Below are positions 9,571 through 17,953 of a stretch of 64,000 nt of DNA, piece after piece (within the stretch, counting starts at the first letter, position 1; every line of letters starts with the position of its first letter). The DNA lies in assembly GCF_028369095.1 (NCBI RefSeq), contig NZ_JAQNDN010000024.1:153350-217349 (forward strand), written 5' to 3'. A model generated the notes under the pieces. It worked only from the letters and a program-made list of their open reading frames with translations. It made no database searches and was not told where the DNA came from. The position numbers and the translations under genes were made by a program. The DNA comes from Nannocystis radixulma. Its GTDB lineage: Bacteria; Myxococcota_A; Polyangia; Nannocystales; Nannocystaceae.

Positions 9571-10491
9571 ATGCACCTGGTGCTGCAAGAGCCCGAGATC
9601 GAGGGCGTGTCGATCCTGTACAGCGTCGAGCGCCTGGTCGCGCACGTGAAGACGCGCTACCAGGACGCGGTCGTCGCCGACACCAGCGCCTACGGGCGCA
9701 TGCTGTTCCTCGACGGGCTGGTGCAGTCGGCCGAGGCCGACGAGGCGCTCTACCACGAGGCGCTGGTCCACCCGGCGCTGGTGCTGCACGGGTCGCCGCG
9801 CCGGGTGCTGGTCGGAGGGACAGGCGAGGGGGCGTCGCTGCGGGAGATCCTGCGCCACGCGTCGGTCGAGAAGATCGTGTCGGTCGACCTCGACGCCGAG
9901 GTGGTCGAGCTCAGCCGGCGGTACCTCGAGCAGTGGCACGCCGGCAGCCTCGACGATCCGCGCGTCGAGCTGCGCACCGAGGACATCTTCGACACGCTGC
10001 GCCAGGCCGCGCCCGGCAGCTTCGACGCGATCGTCCTCGATGTCACCGACCCGACCGACGAGGGGCCGTCGGCAGCGCTGTTCTCGACCCAGTTCTTCGC
10101 CCTGGTGCTGCGCGCCCTGGCCGACGACGGGATCTGCGTGCTGCAGGCCGGCGAGCTCGACCCGCTCGACCTCAAGCTGGCCCGCACCGTCCGCAGCACG
10201 CTCGAGGCGGTGTTCCCCCACGTCCGTTTCGCTCACGGCTTCGTGCCGTCGTTCCACTGCCTGTGGGGCTTCGCCCTGATGTCGCGCCGGCCGCTCGACG
10301 CCGACCCGCCCGACCTGGCCCGCCGGATCGCCGCGCTCGGCGAGCTGCAGTGGTACACGCCGACGGCCCACCGCGCGGCGCTGGAGCTGCCGCCGATCCT
10401 GCGCCGCCGCCTGGCCCAGCCGGGGACCGTGATCACCGGCGAGGGCGAGCTGCTGTCGTATACGACAGGTCATAAAGGGCATGGCGATTGA
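9571..10491 (+). CDS. speE: polyamine aminopropyltransferase (spermidine synthase family)
   Basis: Full-length similarity to SpeE, including YHEALVHPAL, VLVGGTGEGASLREILRH and DAIVLDVTDP. The RBS is aaaggacagacgATG. Confidence 0.8.
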   Translation: MHLVLQEPEIEGVSILYSVERLVAHVKTRYQDAVVADTSAYGRMLFLDGLVQSAEADEALYHEALVHPALVLHGSPRRVLVGGTGEGASLREILRHASVEKIVSVDLDAEVVELSRRYLEQWHAGSLDDPRVELRTEDIFDTLRQAAPGSFDAIVLDVTDPTDEGPSAALFSTQFFALVLRALADDGICVLQAGELDPLDLKLARTVRSTLEAVFPHVRFAHGFVPSFHCLWGFALMSRRPLDADPPDLARRIAALGELQWYTPTAHRAALELPPILRRRLAQPGTVITGEGELLSYTTGHKGHGD

Positions 10492-10516
10492 GCCAGGTCC
10501 GGGAGGACATGTCCCG

Positions 10517-11539
10517 ATGGTCTGGAGCAGGACGAACCAGCTGATCGCCGCGGCTGCCGCCGAGCTCGGGGCGCGGGCCGAGCCGCTCGGGCGCGAGCAC
10601 ACCGACTACTTCATGCGCCTGTCGCACGGCGATCGTTCGGCGATCGTCAGCAAGACGCGCTCGCCGTTCCTGACGCAGGTGGCGCAGGGCCTGGCCAACA
10701 ACAAGCACCTGAGCCGCGAGCTGCTGCGCGCCCGCGGGCTGCCGTGCGCCGAGGGGGTGCTGGTCGACGAGGCCGGCGACATCGCCGGGCCGGCGGTGCG
10801 GGCCCTGCTGGCGCGTCACGGGCGGCTGGTGGTCAAGCCCAACTGGGGGAACCGCGGGGTCGGGGTGGCGACCGACGTGCGCGACCTGGCGACGCTGGCG
10901 CGCGCGCGCGAGCGGGCCCGCGCGATCGACCTCGACGAAGAGGTGCTGGTCGAGCCGTTCATCGCCGGGACCAACCTGCGCGTGGCGGTGATCGGAGGGC
11001 AGGCGCTGGCGGCCGTCGAGGTGGTGCGGCCGAAGCTGCAGGCGGGGCGCAGCGCGGCGGCGCAGGTGGCGGCGCTGAACCGCGACCCGCAGCGCGGGAC
11101 GTGGTCGGCGCCGAGCCTCTGTCCGATCGACCAGATCGAGGCGGACGAGGACCTCGCCGGTCACCTCGAGGTCTATGAACTCGACCTCGAGGCGGCGATC
11201 CCCGACGGTCGTGAGGTCGAGATCACGGGCGACGAGCTCGCCGTGATCGATCGGACCGACGCGGTGCACCCGGAGTGGCTGGCGGTCGCGGCGTCGGCGT
11301 GCGATCTGCTGGGGGTCGATGTCGGCGGGGTCGATCTCCGCGGGCCGCTGGCGGCGTTCGCGGGGCCGCCCGCGGCGGCGCAGGGCTCGGCGCTGCTGCT
11401 CGAGGTCAACGTGGTGCCGGCCCTGCACCTGCACGCGCTGCCGACCGAGGGGCGCGCGCGCCCGGTGTTCGCCGCGTTCGTCGCCTATTGCCTGCAGCTG
11501 CCCGGCGCGCCACCGCCCCGCGCTCAGGTCCGCGTGTAG
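10517..11539 (+). CDS. ATP-grasp ligase (RimK / glutathione-synthetase-like)
   Basis: ATP-grasp motifs (LVVKPNWGNRGVGV, EEVLVEPFIAGTNLRVAVIGGQALAAVE, ALLLEVNVVP). An alternative start at 10481 overlaps the speE stop. The GGAGGACATGTCC repeat sits just upstream of 10517. Confidence 0.7.
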   Translation: MVWSRTNQLIAAAAAELGARAEPLGREHTDYFMRLSHGDRSAIVSKTRSPFLTQVAQGLANNKHLSRELLRARGLPCAEGVLVDEAGDIAGPAVRALLARHGRLVVKPNWGNRGVGVATDVRDLATLARARERARAIDLDEEVLVEPFIAGTNLRVAVIGGQALAAVEVVRPKLQAGRSAAAQVAALNRDPQRGTWSAPSLCPIDQIEADEDLAGHLEVYELDLEAAIPDGREVEITGDELAVIDRTDAVHPEWLAVAASACDLLGVDVGGVDLRGPLAAFAGPPAAAQGSALLLEVNVVPALHLHALPTEGRARPVFAAFVAYCLQLPGAPPPRAQVRV

Positions 11540-11649
11540 TTTCACGAGCGGGCCCGGCCACGCGACGGCGTCGCTGGCTGCACGCGGCTGCGGGCGCCGC
11601 TTGTCGGGGTGAGGCCTGTCGGCTATGCCCGCGACGAAGGAGCTTACTT

Positions 11650-12522
11650 ATGAGGATCATGAACACGCAGAGTTGGATGGCGCGAGCAGCGAGTTGCGCG
11701 GCGCTGGTGCTCGGGCTGGGTTGCGGTCAGACCGGCGGCACGACCGAGGGCGGCGAGACCGGCCAGACCTCGGAGAGCACGGCGACGAGCGCCGACACGA
11801 GCTCCGGCAGCGCGACGCTGACGGGCTCCGGCGGGCCGACCGAGACGGGCGGCAGCGAGGGGCAGACCGAGTCGGCGACGGGCGAGACGACGAGCACGAG
11901 CGGCGAGACGACGACGACGAGTACGAGCGGCGAGACGACGACGACGAGCACGAGCGGTGAGACGACGACGACGGGCACCACCGCCGAGACGACGACCAGC
12001 ACCACCGGTCCGGACACGACCGGCGAGACCAGCACGGGCGGCAACCTGTGCGACGAATTCGAGCAGCCGGGGTGCATCGACAAGGGCTGTCCCGAGGGAC
12101 AGACGTGCGAGATCGGGCTCGACTGCGTGCCGTCGGCCTGCGTCTGCGATCCGGTCACGGAACAGATCAACTGCACGCCGGACTGCGGCGGCGGCACCTG
12201 CGTCGCGTCCTTGTGCGACCCGGTGGTCTGCAACCTGTTCTGCGAGTTCGGGTTCCAGAAGGACGAGCAGGGCTGCGAGATCTGCGCCTGCAACGAGCCG
12301 CCGGCGCCCGACTGCGGCTGCGAGTCCGACGCCGACTGCGTCAAGGCCAGCCCCGGCTGCTGCTCGTGCAACATGGGCGGGGCCGAGGTGGCGGTCGCGA
12401 CCGCGTGCCTCGACCAGCTCGAGCCGTGCCCGTTCCCGCCCGGCGAGGTGGTGTGCCCGGCAGTGTACCTGTGCACCGACGCCCAGGCGGTCTGCATGCA
12501 GGGGGAGTGCGTGCTGCAGTGA
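11650..12522 (+). CDS. secreted lipoprotein with T/S/G/E-rich linker and a roughly 150-aa Cys-rich (TIL/EGF-like) C-terminal domain
   Basis: Strong RBS GAAGGAG. Signal/lipobox AALVLGLGC. Repeats of the SGETTTTSTSGETTTT type. About 26 Cys in patterns such as C..GFQKDEQGCEICAC. Confidence 0.7.
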   Translation: MRIMNTQSWMARAASCAALVLGLGCGQTGGTTEGGETGQTSESTATSADTSSGSATLTGSGGPTETGGSEGQTESATGETTSTSGETTTTSTSGETTTTSTSGETTTTGTTAETTTSTTGPDTTGETSTGGNLCDEFEQPGCIDKGCPEGQTCEIGLDCVPSACVCDPVTEQINCTPDCGGGTCVASLCDPVVCNLFCEFGFQKDEQGCEICACNEPPAPDCGCESDADCVKASPGCCSCNMGGAEVAVATACLDQLEPCPFPPGEVVCPAVYLCTDAQAVCMQGECVLQ

Positions 12523-12528
12523 CGCTCC

Positions 12529-12596
12529 AGGACATGTCGTGACGGACATGTCTTGAGGAGAATGTCCGAAGGATCATGGTCCTTCGGACATGGGCC
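12529..12596. repeat. 14-bp-period CATG repeat array, 5 units (12533, 12547, 12561, 12575, 12589)
   Basis: Exact 14-bp period, read from the sequence. Confidence 0.8.
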
Positions 12597-12758
12597 AAGG
12601 CCCGGACCGCTGCGGGCGGTCCGCCGCGCGTCGGCGGGGCGGGCGAGCAGCGGGCCGAGCCGACAAGTCGCCGCCGGGCGCTCGCAGGAGTCGGTCGCCC
12701 GGTTCGCCGATTTGCGCGCGGGGGCGTCCGGACCACGCTGACCGGAAGGAGCGTGGTC

Positions 12759-13391
12759 ATGCGATCTCTGCCATTGGCGGTGGTGTTGCTGGGGGCGGCG
12801 CTCGGGCCGGCGTGCGACGTCCTGCCGCCCGGCGTGCCGGTGCGGACGGCCCAGGTGCCGCTCGTGCCGGCCAATCCGGGCGAGGATACGGACGTCGCCG
12901 AGGACCCGTGCGAGGGGTTCCGGCAGCCGGGCTGCGTGCAGACCGGGTGTCCGGAAGGACAGGTGTGCCAGAAGGGCCAGGAGTGCGTGCCGTCGCTGTG
13001 CAGCTGCGATCCCGCGACGGGTCAGTCGGTCTGCAGCCTCGACTGCGGCGGCGGGACCTGCGTCGACGTGGCTGCCGTGTGCGAGCCGGTGCCGTGCACC
13101 CTCCTGTGCCCGTTCGGGTTCCAACGCGACGAGCGCGGCTGCGAGATCTGCCGCTGCCGGACCGAACCGCGCTGCGGCTGCACCGACGACGAGGACTGCC
13201 AGAAGGTGGTCCCGGGCTGCTGCCCGTGCGACCTGGGCGGCCACGAGATGGCGATCGCCAACGATTGTGTCGACCAGCTGGCGCAGTGCCCGGTGCCGCC
13301 CGACGAGGTGCCCTGCATCGCCATCGACCAGTGCACCGCGAAGGTGGCCCGCTGCGTGGCCGGGGAGTGCGTGCTGCAGAACTCGCTGTGA
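12759..13391 (+). CDS. secreted Cys-rich lipoprotein, paralog of 11650-12522 but lacking the Thr-rich linker
   Basis: RBS GGAAGGAG. Signal MRSLPLAVVLLGAALGPAC. The Cys-rich domain aligns residue by residue with its neighbour (CEGFRQPGCVQTGCPEGQVC... versus CDEFEQPGCIDKGCPEGQTC...). Confidence 0.7.
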   Translation: MRSLPLAVVLLGAALGPACDVLPPGVPVRTAQVPLVPANPGEDTDVAEDPCEGFRQPGCVQTGCPEGQVCQKGQECVPSLCSCDPATGQSVCSLDCGGGTCVDVAAVCEPVPCTLLCPFGFQRDERGCEICRCRTEPRCGCTDDEDCQKVVPGCCPCDLGGHEMAIANDCVDQLAQCPVPPDEVPCIAIDQCTAKVARCVAGECVLQNSL

Positions 13392-13435
13392 GGCCGGGGC
13401 TGAGGGCCTGCGCGCGCGGGCGGCGAGGGGACGCC

Positions 13436-13489
13436 GTTACATGCTTGAATGGACATGTCGATTGGGGCATGTCTGAACAGGCATGGTGG
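13436..13489. repeat. 14-bp-period CATG repeat array, 4 units (13440, 13454, 13468, 13482)
   Basis: Read from the sequence. Confidence 0.75.
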
Positions 13490-13645
13490 AACAGATACGA
13501 TCGTCGTGACCACGGCCGTGCGCGCTGGCGCGCGGCCGTGTCGGGGCGGCCGTGCGCGGATGCGGACGCGCGGTTCAGCGCGGCGGATCGATCCCCCGCG
13601 AGGCGGCGCGGCGGTCTACTGTGGACCGATGGCAGAGGGCAGCCG

Positions 13646-14893
13646 ATGACGGAGGCGAGCGGGCGCCGGCCCGCCGGCGAGTCGGTGCTCGGCGCGCTGC
13701 GCGAGCGTCCCGAAGACCAGGACCTCTGGGACAGGTTGCGCGTGCGCCAATTTCCGGGGGCGCGCATCAACCTCGACCCGGGATCGATCGCCACGCCGGC
13801 GCAGGCGGTGCGCGCGGCGATGCAGGGGTTCTGGGACGACGAGCTGTTCGCCTATCCCGAAGGACAGGTGCAGCGCGGGCGGGCCGAGCGGCGGCGGGCC
13901 CGGGCGCTGGCGGCCGCGCTGTGGGGCGGCGATCCGCCGGCGCTGACGGCCGGGACGAGCGAGGCGCTGCGCACGATCGCGTCGGCGCTGCGCGAGCGGC
14001 TGGGCGGGAGCGAGGCGCCGCTGGTCCTCACCAGCGGGCACGAGCATCCGGGGGCGACGGCGGCGTTCGAGCCGGGGTTCCGCGCGGTGATCCTGCCCGA
14101 TGCGGCGCTGCGCGATCCGGCGGCGGCGGGGGCGATCGCGGCGGCACAGCGGCCGGCGATCCTGCTGCTGTCGCAGGTGACCTATACGATCGGACAGGTG
14201 ATTCCCGTGCGGGAGATCGCGGCTGCGGTCCGCGCGGCGGCGCCGGAGGTGTTCGTGATCGTCGACGCGGCGCAGGCGCTGGGGCTGGTGCCGCCGGCGC
14301 TGACGGGGGCCGACTTCGTGGTCGCCAGCGGGCACAAGTGGTTGTTCGGGCCGCCGGGGGTGGGCCTGGCGTGGGCCTCGCCGCGCGCGCGCTCGGAGCT
14401 GCCGCTGCTGACCGCGGGCGAGACCAGCGAGGAGGGCGGCTGCGCGGGGCTCGAGCGGCGAGGGGCGCACGACTTCTCGGTCTACGCGGGGCTGGCTGCG
14501 GCGCTCGATCTGCACGCGGCGCTCGGACAGGTCGCGCTGAAGCGGAGCCGCACGCTGGCGGCCTGGCTGGCGCGCGAGCTCCACGAGCGACTGCTGGCGG
14601 CCGGCGTGGCGCATCAGTTCTTCGATCCGGTGACGGGCGAGGAGCGCGAGACGCCGCCGACCGCGGAGGGGTTGCTGGCGACGGTGAGCGTGACGCTGCC
14701 CGCTGTCGACGTCGAGGCGGTGTGCGCGTCGCTGCAACCCGCGGGGATCCACGTACGCTGCGTGCGCGAGCGAAGAGCCGGCAAGCGCACGTCGCTGCTG
14801 CGGCTGGGCGCCCCCTGCTACGAGAGTACGGCGCGGGTGCGTCGCGCCGTCGATGCGCTGGTCGCCGCGGTGCCGCACGCGGGACGGGCGTGA
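13646..14893 (+). CDS. class V aminotransferase / cysteine-desulfurase-like PLP enzyme
   Basis: Fold-type I PLP motifs (VIVDAAQALGLVP, ASGHKWLFGPPGVGLAW with the PLP lysine). ATG at 13646 sits inside a longer artefactual ORF. Confidence 0.7.
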   Translation: MTEASGRRPAGESVLGALRERPEDQDLWDRLRVRQFPGARINLDPGSIATPAQAVRAAMQGFWDDELFAYPEGQVQRGRAERRRARALAAALWGGDPPALTAGTSEALRTIASALRERLGGSEAPLVLTSGHEHPGATAAFEPGFRAVILPDAALRDPAAAGAIAAAQRPAILLLSQVTYTIGQVIPVREIAAAVRAAAPEVFVIVDAAQALGLVPPALTGADFVVASGHKWLFGPPGVGLAWASPRARSELPLLTAGETSEEGGCAGLERRGAHDFSVYAGLAAALDLHAALGQVALKRSRTLAAWLARELHERLLAAGVAHQFFDPVTGEERETPPTAEGLLATVSVTLPAVDVEAVCASLQPAGIHVRCVRERRAGKRTSLLRLGAPCYESTARVRRAVDALVAAVPHAGRA

Positions 14894-15037
14894 GGCTGTG
14901 AGGTCGCTAGCCGCGAAGTGGTTCGCGTCGCGCGGACGAAGCGACCATGGCGATGAAGTTGTTGGCGTGAGCTCGACGGCGAATCATTCTCGGGGATCTC
15001 GGGGCACGATCGACTCGCCGAGGAGAGGCGCGAGTCG

Positions 15038-15634
15038 TCAGCCGAACATGAACGAGAGGCCGAGGACGAAGATGCCGCGGCGGCGCTTGTCGGCGAGGAT
15101 CCGCAGGTCGTAGTCGGCGCCGAGGGCGAGCGCGATGCCCTTGCCCTTGCCCTTGTCCTTGTCGCCGAGCTTGAACGCGTAACCGAGGCCGATCTGGCCG
15201 CCGTAGCCGGGGGTGCGTGTGGTGATCTCGCGGGCGATCGGGACGTGGCTGATCGCGCCGGCGCCGGCGCGGAGATAGAAGCCGCGACTGACGTTCACCT
15301 GGATCATGGCGTCGAGGCCGGCGCCGACCTTCTGGTCCTTGTCGAAGTAGATCGTCAGGTGGCCCATGGTGCCGAGCGTGACCGCGGGCGAGATGCGGGC
15401 GCCGAACATCATGTGCGTGCGGGCGGCGGGCATGACGTCGTTGCGCAGGGGGACGACGGCGGGGCGCCACGCGAACTCGGCGAAGGGGCCGCGCTTGAAG
15501 TCGGTCGCTACCTCGCCCTCGCTCGCGCGTGCGGGCCGGGGAGCGATCACGGCGAGGGCGGCGAGGAGAGCGAGGAGGGCGAGCTTGGCGGTGGTCGGCA
15601 AGCGGACGGGGCGGGGATAGGCGAGGGCGGTCAT
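15038..15634 (-). CDS. small outer-membrane beta-barrel protein (hypothetical)
   Basis: Signal peptide ending ..PARASEG. Alternating amphipathic beta-strand pattern. C-terminus GLSFMFG. Confidence 0.45.
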   Translation of the reverse strand: MTALAYPRPVRLPTTAKLALLALLAALAVIAPRPARASEGEVATDFKRGPFAEFAWRPAVVPLRNDVMPAARTHMMFGARISPAVTLGTMGHLTIYFDKDQKVGAGLDAMIQVNVSRGFYLRAGAGAISHVPIAREITTRTPGYGGQIGLGYAFKLGDKDKGKGKGIALALGADYDLRILADKRRRGIFVLGLSFMFG

Positions 15635-15835
15635 GGCATGCCTGGGGGACCCGCAGCGCCGTGAACCGATTTCACGGGCGGTGCGGGCCGCTGCGCCCCC
15701 AACGATGCGGCCGCGGGTCGACTTACAGGCCAGTGCCGCGACCGGGCATTCCGACCTTGCTCGCTTGCCCTCCTCGCGCCTTGCCGGCCTGTCGGATCCC
15801 GGCGCGAGGAAGGATCGAAATGCTGCGGCCGCGGA

Positions 15836-16192
15836 CTACGCGAGCGCGCGCGCGTAGGCGTCTGCGGAGAAGCCGACCAGCGCGAGCGCGTCGCGGGTGA
15901 AGATCGGGCGCTTGACGAGCAGGCCGTCGGCCGTCAGCGCGGCGATCATCGCGTCGTCGTCCATGGTCTTCAGCCGCTCGCCGAAGCCGCCGGCGCGGTA
16001 GGCCTGGCCGGAGGTGTTGAACAGCTTGCGCGCCGGCAGGCCGGAGTTCCGCAGGACCGCGCGCAGCTCGGCGGAGGTCGGCGCGCGGACGGTGAGGTCG
16101 ACGACATCGTAGGGGACGTGGTGGGCGTCGAGCCAGCGCCGCGCGTTGCGGCAGGTGTCGCATCGAGGATGGGCGAAGAGGACGGCCGTCAT
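15836..16192 (-). CDS. ArsC/Spx-family thioredoxin-fold protein (YffB-like)
   Basis: MTAVLFAHPRCDTCRNARRWLDAHHVPY with a CxxC-like N-terminal motif. Length of 118 aa is typical of the ArsC family. Confidence 0.65.
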   Translation of the reverse strand: MTAVLFAHPRCDTCRNARRWLDAHHVPYDVVDLTVRAPTSAELRAVLRNSGLPARKLFNTSGQAYRAGGFGERLKTMDDDAMIAALTADGLLVKRPIFTRDALALVGFSADAYARALA

Positions 16193-16407
16193 GGCGCGCG
16201 GGACCGTACCACGCATGGGCGCTGGCGCGCGCGGGTCTCGGGCGACACCGGCCCGCGCCTGTCCGAACAAGCAGGCGCGAGCAGGCCTGCGGAGAGCCCC
16301 TCAGGCGCCATGCGGGGGCTGCCGCTGCCTAGGCAACGCCGACGAACGCATGTACAAGTTGTCTTGCCGCCTCACGACGAGGCGGCGCTTCCCCACGGGT
16401 CCGCACC

Positions 16408-17874
16408 ATGTCCAAGCTCTCGCTCCCCGTCGCTGCCGCTGTGGTCCTCTCGTCGCTCTCGCTGCCTGCAGCGGCGCAGGAACCCGAGGGCGCGAAGGCG
16501 GAGGGGTCGGTCTCGCTGTCGCCGGCGGGGGCGTCGGCCACGGGCGACGCGAAGGCCGGCAAGAAGAAGCGCGAGAAGAAGGCCAGGAGCGGCGACCAGA
16601 AGGGCGTGCCGTGGATCAAGCGCTACCGGCCGACGGCGATGTCGGCGGAGTTCGGGATCTTCGCCGGCCTGTTCTTCCCGGCCCGCGACCACGAGCTGTA
16701 CCTGCCGCCGCAGCCGGGCGAGCCGAACAACTGGCAGCCGTACAAGAAGGTCGCGCCCGACATCGGCCTGCGCGCCGGCTTCTATCCGCTGTCGTTCCTC
16801 GGCGTCGAGCTCGAGGGCGCGATCGTCCCGACCAAGACCGAGAACGACAACAAGGGCGCGGTGCTCGGCGGCTTCCGCGGCTACGCGATCGCACAGCTGC
16901 CGTACCGGATCTCGCCGTTCGTGCTGATCGGCCCCGGCCTGCTCGGCACGTCGGGGCTCGGCGGCGACGTCGACCCGGCGATCCACTTCGGCGGCGGCGT
17001 GAAGTTCTACATCAACAACTACCTGGCGCTGCGCCTCGACGTCCGCGACAACGCGACCGCCCAGTACGCGATCGACGGCGGCCGCACGCACCACGTCGAG
17101 GTGCTGCTCGGCCTGTCGTTCGTGCTGCGCAAGAAGCAGAAGCAGAAGGACGACCCGGACAGCGACGGCGACGGGTTCAAGGACTCGGTCGACAAGTGCC
17201 CGACGGTGCCGGGCGTGGCGCCCGACGGCTGCCCGGTGGCGGTCGAGGGCGACGCCGACGGCGACGGCTTCCTCGACTCGGTCGACGCCTGCCCGCAAGA
17301 GCCGGGTATCGCGCCCGACGGCTGCCCCGAGAAGGACCGCGACGGCGACGGCTTCGTCGACAGCAAGGACAAGTGCCCCGACGAGAAGGGCATCGCGCCC
17401 GACGGCTGCCCGCTGCCCGACAAGGACAAGGACGGGATCCCCGACCGCGACGACAAGTGCCCGGCGATCCCGGAGACCCGCAACAACTACCAGGACGACG
17501 ACGGCTGCGCCGACGAGGTCCCGCGCGCCGTCACCAAGTTCACCGGCGTCATCAAGGGCATCTTCTTCGACAGCGACAAGGACTCGATCAAGAAGGCTTC
17601 GAAGTCGACGCTCGACAACGCGGTCAAGGTGCTGAAGGACTTCCCGTCGGTGAAGGTCGAGATCAGCGGCCACACCGACGCCTCCGGCGACCGCGACCAC
17701 AACATCGACCTGTCGAAGCGGCGCGCCGACGCGGTCAAGAAGTACCTGGTCGACAAGGGGATCGACTCCGCGCGGATCACGACCCGCGGCGCCGGCCCCG
17801 ACGAGCCGATCGCCGACAACAACACCAAGGACGGCAAGGCGAAGAACCGCCGCATCGAGTTCAAGCTGCAGTGA
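16408..17874 (+). CDS. OmpA-family outer-membrane protein with thrombospondin type-3 (DxDxDGxxDxxD) repeats
   Basis: Signal peptide, N-terminal beta-barrel, four TSP3 repeats (DSDGDGFKDSVDKCP...), and a C-terminal OmpA domain (ISGHTDASGDRDHNIDLSKRRADAV). Confidence 0.8.
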   Translation: MSKLSLPVAAAVVLSSLSLPAAAQEPEGAKAEGSVSLSPAGASATGDAKAGKKKREKKARSGDQKGVPWIKRYRPTAMSAEFGIFAGLFFPARDHELYLPPQPGEPNNWQPYKKVAPDIGLRAGFYPLSFLGVELEGAIVPTKTENDNKGAVLGGFRGYAIAQLPYRISPFVLIGPGLLGTSGLGGDVDPAIHFGGGVKFYINNYLALRLDVRDNATAQYAIDGGRTHHVEVLLGLSFVLRKKQKQKDDPDSDGDGFKDSVDKCPTVPGVAPDGCPVAVEGDADGDGFLDSVDACPQEPGIAPDGCPEKDRDGDGFVDSKDKCPDEKGIAPDGCPLPDKDKDGIPDRDDKCPAIPETRNNYQDDDGCADEVPRAVTKFTGVIKGIFFDSDKDSIKKASKSTLDNAVKVLKDFPSVKVEISGHTDASGDRDHNIDLSKRRADAVKKYLVDKGIDSARITTRGAGPDEPIADNNTKDGKAKNRRIEFKLQ

Positions 17875-17953
17875 GCCGCGGCACTGGCCGCGGGCGCCTG
17901 GGCCCGCCGCGCGGCGGGCGGCGCGAGGCCGGGGATCGGGTATCGTCCCCGCC

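Noticed and set aside
12590-14893. 767-aa plus-strand ORF
   Set aside because: The first 350 codons are an Arg/Gly-rich out-of-frame overlap of the Cys-rich lipoprotein gene. The real gene in this frame is the aminotransferase starting at ATG 13646.
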